A stretch of DNA of 64,000 nt from Candidatus Sumerlaeia bacterium (GTDB lineage Bacteria; Sumerlaeota; Sumerlaeia; SLMS01; JANRJK01), in NCBI GenBank assembly GCA_033764015.1, contig JANRJK010000005.1:1-64000 (forward strand), read 5' to 3'. The position numbers were made by a program, and so were the translations under genes. Each line of letters begins with the position of its first letter. Within the stretch, counting starts at the first letter, position 1. Of this stretch, positions 59,001 to 64,000 are shown piece by piece. Under the pieces are notes generated by a model that made no database searches, was not told where the DNA came from, and was given only the letters and a program-made list of their open reading frames with translations.

Positions 59001-59192
59001 CCAACTGCAGTGGTATCCGAGCACCTCGACCATGGCGCGGCAGATGTCGCCGGCAAGCGCCAGTGGGTCGTCACGGTCGAAGGACAGGTCGCGGATGCGG
59101 CGCAGGACGTCGAGCGCGCGGCGCACACCGCGGGCCTCCACGGGTCCGAAGCCACGTCCATCGCCTGCCGCTGGAACCCCATCGTGGGCCAT
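53073..59192 (-). CDS. large cytoplasmic hybrid sensor histidine kinase (GAF + multiple PAS + HisKA + HATPase + REC)
   Basis: About nine PAS/PAC and several GAF-like segments; SHELRTPL, NLLSNAIKF, DSGEGI, GTGLGL, DVQMP; start at 59192 or 59276 (the track start overlaps the divergent peptidase). Confidence 0.92.
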   Translation of the reverse strand: MAHDGVPAAGDGRGFGPVEARGVRRALDVLRRIRDLSFDRDDPLALAGDICRAMVEVLGYHCSWAALLGPEVAKTVGCPGGYPCEGFADFGLGEAEREALGLPVLAGRLPRCARESISTGAVVVSSGGGQCPECPLRCDGAGHVSFTCPLVYQGHCYGVLAASVPGAIVADEDERFLFQELARELSSGLQRIASRRAQRDDEAYLRTILSNTPDGFWTLDFDGRMVEVNDAYCRMSGYSRAELVGMTPAGLDAIETPEETVERLHRIIATGSETFESIHRRKDGSTFPVEVSVVVVDAFGGRIVCFCRDLTERRRGEATLRESEARFKALFLDSPAAMLIHDADTGEILDANPAAWRLYGLDSFGELLERPFWSEPPYSFEEGRALVRKAAQSGLESFLWKFRHKSGQYRWDQVFLTAVRLGGAMRVLATCFDITDRHEAERARAEALGRLENVLLATNAATWQWNVQTGETVFDERWAAMIGYTLEEISPVSIGTWQRFAHPDDLAKSNEMLRRHFAGELDYYDCDCRLRHRDGRWIWVRDHGRVVSRTPDGQPLFMFGTHSDITSRKLAEEALVESNLRYAELMSIARAFAWEVDGKTGLYSYVSPSIREVLGYAPKEIVGKKTFYDLVPPEHMEEVRETGLRALREALEVTAYENCMLSRDGTPRWVSTAGFPVRDEEGRAVAYRGIDLDITERRAAAEALRLSEERLALALRAAKQGIYDLDIATGEAVVSPEYAAMLGYDPAEFRETNVAWIERLHPDDREVVAGAYQDYVDGKTHEYAVEFRQRCADGTYRWILSVGRVVERAPDGTPLRMAGTHTDIDARKRAELALVERAKETRCLYACAEALRREPDPRQALVAVASILPLGFRFPEAAGVHIEAGGIKVENGGFQDTAWRASVPIPCKGGGVLDASYREDRGLEGGEAFLPEEFGLLEAVAGHIAEAIERSDYERALHERDTLLTEAQRIARLGCWTLTHATGLIDWTEETYRIHGVEPGEFAPSYDSTMALVPPADRDFVAHSFEESLREGHGRFEIEHRIVRPDSGEVRHVFERCVHERAPDGTPLRSVGVVQDITELREAATALRRDAELRTILMEIAERLVNTPSEDGGGVLRDALRRLGEFVGAERAYLATRDRPSVGGRTALEWLAPGAEAVVGALDPAHIDEVCACVADAARQERSPVVRRGSDAAIPCSCVLSGRHGAESLAMPLLAGEEAVGFAGFEWPSSSPRARTGSQLLAVFGNLAVGFLLRRAAEEENRLLAATVQQAAFAIMRTDTDRRVTWANPAQEALSGFPLEEMLGKDPGKVLQGAGTDPGVRKHISEQLARLEPVSAEILNYRRNGSPYWIELTITPFRDGRGRHTGFAGFARDITARLDAQRALAEAKERLAALNADLEARVEARTIEVSRQAAALENSLEAIAIYAAGIRIYRNPTHIRLFGDFPADRGWRELFDEQTGRMIPAEKSHASGWMGDGTAVRADGTTFDAEIDVSRLPDGATVVVTRDITARREAERRVQLLSRQLEMALEAGHIGVWSYDISNGGIHWDDRMFDLYGIPRGRRPVSIEAWRAMVGDAIADEVERKSRESMAGDGEFRTSFSFCTPDGATRVLQTRALYLPGESGGPGRFVGINFDVTELVEREKRLEEANRQLAEATRQKDEFLANMSHELRTPLNAILGMGESLGMGVYGPLEERQKGALRRIEESGRHLLLLINDLLDLAKIEAGKVTLACERVNVPEACLSAARLMDEHAASRGVELRTRLDPKAASVVVDPRRLRQVLFNLLSNAIKFTAEGGWVEVQTAADEERGMMSISVADSGEGISLEEQARLFKPFTQLESTMTKRHGGTGLGLSIVKRLVEMHGGRVSLDSEPGRGSRFTVSFPWAPSREEAAKDGGPVPEPPSERVRSRRGHILVAEDNPANIAVVCDFLSAKGHKITVAHDGAEALAHARETSFDLILMDVQMPVMDGFEATRAIRRLPGHAKTPIIALTSFAMPGDRERCLAAGMDDYMSKPISVRALAVMIKAHLARTSPTDPGT

Positions 59193-59426
59193 CTCAAACC
59201 GCTCCCGGGACAGGTCGGCGCCGATGAGAAAGGTGCTGGGGGGCAAAGCTCCTATCCATGATATTTTGTTTAGCATTGAATCGCCGCCTTGAGCAACCCG
59301 AATCGGTGCGCGGCGGTCGGGGCGGGGCGGAACACGGGGACTGCCCGCCTTGACCCGGACGGGGGCAGGGAGCGCAACTACGCGGAGGCGGCAACCGCCG
59401 CCCAACCCCAGCGGGACGCACCAACC

Positions 59427-60944
59427 ATGGCCCAGACGCTCGATGTCCAGGATGTCCGCGACCGGATCGCGCGGGAGCTCGACACGGTCCGCGCGCAGTA
59501 CCTGGCGGACACCGCGCAACTGCTCCGCTTCAAGACCGTCTCCGGCGGCAACGCCGAGGAGGAGGCGGACTACCAGCGGAACATCCCGCTGTGCCTCGAC
59601 TGGCTGGCGGAGCTGTCGGTGCGCATGGGCTTCGCGTGGCGGCGCTTCGAGAACCGCGCGGCGGAGATCGCCTGGGAGTCCCCGGCGCCCGGCCGCAAGA
59701 CCGTGGGCATCGCCGCGCACATCGACGTCGTCACCGCGCAGGGCTCCTGGAAGCACGCGCCGTTCTCGGCGACGACGGACGGCGGCGTGCTGTACGCGCG
59801 CGGGACGCAGGACGACAAGGGGCCGCTGATGGCGTCGCTGTACGGCATGTACGCCGCGAAGCGCGCCGGCATCGAGCCCGCCGTCGATGTGCGGCTCATC
59901 ATCGGCACCTGCGAGGAGACCGGGGACTGGGACGACATCGCCTTCTACCTGGCGCAGCGCGGCGCGCCCGACATGGGCTTCACGCCCGACGCGACCTTTC
60001 CCATCACGAACGGCGAGAAGGGGATGCTGAACCTCCTCTTCGAGGCCTCCTGGGACGATGCCGGCGAGGACGCCGAAACCGGACTCCGGTTCGAGGCTAT
60101 CGAGGGCGGCGCGCGGACGAACATCGTGCCGGAGCGCTGCGAAGCGCGCTTCAGCTACCCGGGCGGCAGCCGGTCGGCGGTCACGCGGGAGCTCATGCGC
60201 TCAACCACTGAATTCACGGTCCAGAACAAGGGCGCGAACATCACGCTGCTGCCGGAGGACGGCCCCGAGGGCGCGGCCGGCTCGATCACGGCGACGTTCC
60301 TGGGCAAGGCGGCGCACTCGTCGCTCCCGCACCTCGGGCACAACGCGATCCTGGACGCGCTTTCGTTCTTCTCGGACGTCTCCACGCTGCCCGCCGGCGT
60401 GCGGGCCTTCGTCCAGTTCCTCCTCCTTGTGGGCAAGGAGGCGGACGGCGCGAACCTGATGATCGCGGAGGAGCACCCCTTCATCGGGCGCACCACGGTG
60501 AACCTCGGCATCGTGAAGATCGGGCCGACGGGCGGTAAGGGGTACCTGAACATCCGGCCGACGCTCGGGGTCACGGTGGACCGCGCGACGGAGAACGCGA
60601 AGGAGGCGGCGGCGGCGTTCGGGGACGCCACGGGCCTGCAGGTGTCGGTGAAGCGCCACGGCAAGGCGCTGGACGCGATCCACCTGGATCCGGAGGAGCC
60701 GTCGGTCGCGCCGTTCATCGCGGCGCTGCAGCAGAGCTACACCGCGGTTACGGGGCGCGAGGCGTCGCTCTGCGCGATCGGCGGGACGACCTACGCCAAG
60801 GCGTTCCCCTCCTTCTGCGCGTTCGGCCCGGTGGACACGAACGACGAGCAGGAGCTGGCGCACCAGGCGGACGAGCGTGTTTCGGTGGACGCGCTGATGC
60901 GGAACGCCACGATCTACGGCACGTCGATCGCCCTCATGCGCTAG
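59427..60944 (+). CDS. M20 family Mn-dependent dipeptidase (PepV/Sapep-like)
   Basis: AHIDVV, ARGTQDDKGP, EETG, PDATFP..GEKG, GKAAHSS, GGTTYA, AHQADE. Confidence 0.9.
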   Translation: MAQTLDVQDVRDRIARELDTVRAQYLADTAQLLRFKTVSGGNAEEEADYQRNIPLCLDWLAELSVRMGFAWRRFENRAAEIAWESPAPGRKTVGIAAHIDVVTAQGSWKHAPFSATTDGGVLYARGTQDDKGPLMASLYGMYAAKRAGIEPAVDVRLIIGTCEETGDWDDIAFYLAQRGAPDMGFTPDATFPITNGEKGMLNLLFEASWDDAGEDAETGLRFEAIEGGARTNIVPERCEARFSYPGGSRSAVTRELMRSTTEFTVQNKGANITLLPEDGPEGAAGSITATFLGKAAHSSLPHLGHNAILDALSFFSDVSTLPAGVRAFVQFLLLVGKEADGANLMIAEEHPFIGRTTVNLGIVKIGPTGGKGYLNIRPTLGVTVDRATENAKEAAAAFGDATGLQVSVKRHGKALDAIHLDPEEPSVAPFIAALQQSYTAVTGREASLCAIGGTTYAKAFPSFCAFGPVDTNDEQELAHQADERVSVDALMRNATIYGTSIALMR

Positions 60945-60964
60945 GCCGCGAAGGAGCGGGAACG

Positions 60965-61261
60965 ATGGAAACGCTGCAGGTGAAGTGCCCCGATTGCGAC
61001 GCGGTGCTGATCGTGGACCGCAAGAGCGGGAAGGTGCTCGAGGTGCGCCGCCCCATCGTGGAGAACCCGAGCGGCGACCGGTTCGAGGACGCGCACCAGC
61101 GCGTCCTCGGCTCCAAGGACCGGGCGGAGCAGAAGTTCGAGGAGGCGAAGGCGAAGCAGAAGACGCGCATGTCGGAGCTGGACAAGCTCTTCAAGGCGCG
61201 CGCGGAGGAGTTGAAGGACCAGCCCATCGAGCGCCCCGACGGCCTCTTCGACCGCGACTGA
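60965..61261 (+). CDS. small protein with N-terminal CxxC knuckle and coiled coil
   Basis: AAGGAG SD; VKCPDC; charged helical C-terminus. Confidence 0.75.
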   Translation: METLQVKCPDCDAVLIVDRKSGKVLEVRRPIVENPSGDRFEDAHQRVLGSKDRAEQKFEEAKAKQKTRMSELDKLFKARAEELKDQPIERPDGLFDRD

Positions 61262-61266
61262 CGACG

Positions 61267-61989
61267 ATGGCAGCGAAGCGCGCCGCGAAGCCCTCCCCCG
61301 CCGCCCCCGGGCCGCTGGAACCGTGCCCCGACTGCAACGGTAGCGGGTACCTGATCGACGGCATGGACGCGGTGCGGTGCCCCTGCGGGACCGCGTTGGG
61401 CGAAGAGACGCGGCGGCGGCTGGCGGCGGCGGAGATCCCGGCCCGGTACCGCGACAAGTCGTTCGGGAACTTCCGCGCCGCGTCGCCCGCGCACCGCGCC
61501 GTGCGCGACACGGCGATGTCCTGGGCGGAGAGCTACCACCCGGTGGAGTCGCAGGGGCTGATCCTGAAGGGGGGGACGGGCTGCGGGAAGACGCACCTCG
61601 CGCTGGCGATCCTCCGCGTCGTGGTCGAGCACGGCCACACGGGGTTGTACGTGAACTTCAGCGACCTGCTCACACGGCTGCGGGAGACCTACGGCGACGC
61701 GAGCGCGGAGACGGAGGCGGAGGTGCTCGGCAAGGTGAACACCCCCGAGCTGGTAGTCCTAGACGACCTCGGGGCGGAGAACACGACCGACTGGGTGCGC
61801 GACCGCCTGTACCTGATCATCAACCGGCGCTACGAGAGCCAGCGCTCCGTGGTGCTGACGACGAACTGCACGATCGCGGAGCTGGACCAGCGGCTGGGCA
61901 AGCGCACGGTGTCGCGGCTGTTCGAGATGTGCCCGTTCCAGTTCCCCGACTTCCCGGAGGGCGACTGGCGCCGGGCGAACATGAAGTAG
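61267..61989 (+). CDS. DnaC/DnaI/IstB-like AAA+ ATPase with N-terminal Zn motif
   Basis: CPDC..CPC, IPARY, GGTGCGKTHLA (Walker A), LVVLDDLG (Walker B), IINRRY, TTN, SRLFEM. Confidence 0.88.
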   Translation: MAAKRAAKPSPAAPGPLEPCPDCNGSGYLIDGMDAVRCPCGTALGEETRRRLAAAEIPARYRDKSFGNFRAASPAHRAVRDTAMSWAESYHPVESQGLILKGGTGCGKTHLALAILRVVVEHGHTGLYVNFSDLLTRLRETYGDASAETEAEVLGKVNTPELVVLDDLGAENTTDWVRDRLYLIINRRYESQRSVVLTTNCTIAELDQRLGKRTVSRLFEMCPFQFPDFPEGDWRRANMK

Positions 61990-62092
61990 CATCCGCCCCG
62001 GGCTTGACAGTGGCGCGCCCCCCGGCGCTGGATAGAGGCCGCCGGGGCACCATCCGGCATCGCAACCCAATCGGCCCGGCGGAGCGGCACCC

Positions 62093-63322
62093 ATGGCTGA
62101 ATACTACTACGAAGCGCTCGACAAGGGCGGCAAACAGGTCCGCGGCACCATCGACGCGGCGAACGACGAGGTGATCGTCGAGCGCCTGCGCGGCATGGGC
62201 TACTACCCGCTGAAGGTCGTGATGAACAAGAAGGGCGCGGGCGACTTCGACCTGCTGGCGCTCCCCGGCCTGCGCATCATCTTCCACCGCGTGAAGGCGA
62301 AGCACCTCATGGCGTTCACGCGCCAGCTCGCCACGCTGATCGACGCCGGCCTGCCGATCATCCGCTCGCTGGCGATCCTCACGGAGCAGGTGGAATCGGT
62401 CGTCTTCAAAGAGAAGATCCGCACCATCGCGAAGGACATCGAGGGCGGCTCGTCGCTCTCGGAGGCGCTCGCGAAGCACAAGAAAGTGTTCGATCCGCTT
62501 TACGTGAACATGGTCCGCGCGGGCGAGATCGGCGGTGTGCTCGAGGCGGTGCTGAACAAGATCGCCGAGTTCCTCGAGAAGCGCGCCGCGCTGATCGGCA
62601 AGGTGAAGTCCGCGATGATGTACCCGGTCGTCGTAGCGATGCTCGCCATCGGCATCGTGAGCTTCATCCTCATCAAGATCGTGCCGAAATTCACCGACAT
62701 CTTCGTGCAGATGGGCGCCGAGCTGCCATGGCTGACGCAGCAACTGGTGATCGGGTCGAACATCCTGCTGCACGACACCTGGAAGATCTTCGTCGCGGTG
62801 GCCGTGATCTGGTTCATCTACTCGAAGCTGAACAACACGCGGGAAGGGAAGCACGTCTTCGACCGCATCAAGCTGAAGCTGCCGGTGTTCGGAATCCTGC
62901 TGCTGAAGGTGGCGATCGTGCGCTTCGCGGGGACGCTGGCGACGCTGATCCAGTCGGGCGTGCCGATCCTCCAAGCGCTCGACATCGTGCGCGACACGTC
63001 GGGCAACGAGGTGGTGGCCCGCGCGATGGACAAGGTCTACAACTCGGTGAAGGACGGCGAATCGATCCACGAGCCGTTGAAGGAATGCGGCGTGTTCCCC
63101 CCCATCGTGTACCACATGGTCGCGGTCGGCGAGGAAACCGGCGCCATCGACCAGATGCTAAACAAGGTCGCCGAGGCGTACGAGCGCGAGGTGAACGACA
63201 CCGTGAACGCGCTGACCTCGATCCTCGAGCCGATCCTGATCGTGTTCCTGGGCATCATCGTGGGAACGATCGTGATCGCGCTCTACCTGCCGCTGTTCAA
63301 GCTCCCGGGCATGATCAAGTAA
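62093..63322 (+). CDS. pilC: type IV pilus/T2SS inner-membrane platform protein PilC/GspF
   Basis: FTRQLATLIDAGLP, MVRAGEIGG, AMMYP, SGVPILQAL, VGEETG, LEP, ALYLPLF. Confidence 0.92.
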   Translation: MAEYYYEALDKGGKQVRGTIDAANDEVIVERLRGMGYYPLKVVMNKKGAGDFDLLALPGLRIIFHRVKAKHLMAFTRQLATLIDAGLPIIRSLAILTEQVESVVFKEKIRTIAKDIEGGSSLSEALAKHKKVFDPLYVNMVRAGEIGGVLEAVLNKIAEFLEKRAALIGKVKSAMMYPVVVAMLAIGIVSFILIKIVPKFTDIFVQMGAELPWLTQQLVIGSNILLHDTWKIFVAVAVIWFIYSKLNNTREGKHVFDRIKLKLPVFGILLLKVAIVRFAGTLATLIQSGVPILQALDIVRDTSGNEVVARAMDKVYNSVKDGESIHEPLKECGVFPPIVYHMVAVGEETGAIDQMLNKVAEAYEREVNDTVNALTSILEPILIVFLGIIVGTIVIALYLPLFKLPGMIK

Positions 63323-63345
63323 GTCGCCCGGGCCGCACCGAGTCC

Positions 63346-63384
63346 GCCGCCCGCCGGGACCGCTCCCGGCGGGCGGCTCCTTTT
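63346..63384 (+). terminator. intrinsic terminator after pilC
   Basis: 14-bp stem gccgcccgccggga/tcccggcgggcggc followed by tccTTTT. Confidence 0.75.
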
Positions 63385-63460
63385 CCGGCGCCTTCCCGTT
63401 GACGGCCCGCGCCGCCACCGCCGCCATAGCATTCCGCAACTCGACACGGAACCCGACGCC

Positions 63461-64000
63461 ATGAAGCACTACGCGATCATCACCTACGGCTGCCAGATGA
63501 ACGACCACGACTCGGAGCTGATGGAAGGGCTCCTGTCGCGCATGGGGATGAGCCGCTGCGAGAGCGAGCGCGAAGCCGACGTGGCGGTGTTCAACACCTG
63601 CTGCGTGCGCGAGGGGGCGGAGACGCGGGCGCTGGCGCGGGCGCAGGCGCTCGTGTCGAGCAAGCGCGAGCGCCCCGACATGGTGATCGCCATCGCGGGC
63701 TGCGTCGCGCAGGAGAAGGGCGAGCGCCTGCTGGAGCTGCTGCCGCACGTGGACCTCGTCGTCGGGACGCGGGACTATCCGCGGCTGCCGGAGCTGGTCG
63801 AGCGCGTGCGCGCGTCCGGCGAGCGGCTGGTCGCGATCGACTCCATCGACAACCCGCTGACGGTGCAGTCGCCCGCCGTGCGGCGCTCGGCGCTCCGCGC
63901 CAACGTGAACATCATGTACGGCTGCAATAACTCCTGCACGTTCTGCATCGTGCCCAAGACGCGCGGCCCCGAGTGGAGCCGTCCGCTGGCGCAGATCGTC
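63461..64000 (+). CDS. miaB: tRNA-2-methylthio-N6-dimethylallyladenosine synthase MiaB (partial, runs off the window; absent from the ORF track)
   Basis: Manual translation: MKHYAIITYGCQMNDHDSE, FNTCCVRE, GCVAQ, IMYGCNNSCTFCIVPKTRG. Confidence 0.93.
   Translation, partial: MKHYAIITYGCQMNDHDSELMEGLLSRMGMSRCESEREADVAVFNTCCVREGAETRALARAQALVSSKRERPDMVIAIAGCVAQEKGERLLELLPHVDLVVGTRDYPRLPELVERVRASGERLVAIDSIDNPLTVQSPAVRRSALRANVNIMYGCNNSCTFCIVPKTRGPEWSRPLAQIV

Noticed and set aside
61267..61989. IS21 element or prophage implied by the IstB/DnaC-like ATPase
   Set aside because: No IstA transposase, terminal repeats, integrase or phage genes nearby
62093..63322. Stand-alone pilC as a novel system
   Set aside because: Pilus genes are commonly dispersed; nothing unusual in the sequence
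62004..63432. Sigma70-like promoters (TTGACA at 62004, TTGACG at 63399 with TAGCAT at 63427)
   Set aside because: -35 to -10 spacing is 22-23 nt or the -10 is poor; not supportable without TSS data
3251..63957. Many long overlapping or antisense ORFs in the track (e.g. 3251-4663+, 7505-9370+, 18291-20180+, 34964-37774-, 42276-45104+, 48048-50684-, 54786-57461+)
   Set aside because: Shadow frames of real genes in very high-GC DNA; Arg/Gly/Pro-rich with no family motifs

Overview
A very GC-rich bacterial chromosomal window, densely coding and mostly housekeeping. The HRDLKPSQ/DWG kinase and gene mix hint at a PVC/BRC1 (Sumerlaeota)-like lineage, but this is an unverified impression. Main content: queG, tRNA-Leu(TAG), an LMW phosphatase with a histone-H1-like tail, rmuC, argB, a TatD-radical SAM fusion, a Ser/Thr kinase, uppS, a complete 9-gene methylmalonyl-CoA mutase / Na+-pumping decarboxylase / CoA-transferase operon, arginase, tRNA-Ser(CGA), a TlpA redoxin, a Kef-type antiporter, hemW, a c-di-GMP signalling cluster, a deoxyhypusine-synthase-like gene, an M20 peptidase, a DnaC-like ATPase, pilC/gspF and partial miaB. 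The standout locus is 33897-34836. There, a signal-peptide-bearing Cys/His/Met-rich leader ORF ends in an RGPP arrest-type motif, and its last codons form a long hairpin that pairs with the Shine-Dalgarno of the next gene. That next gene encodes an exported metallothionein-like protein with 27 Cys. This looks like a metal-responsive, ribosome-stalling translational switch controlling a periplasmic metallothionein. No CRISPR array, rRNA or intact mobile element was seen. Start codons were reassigned by eye where the ORF track over-extends.
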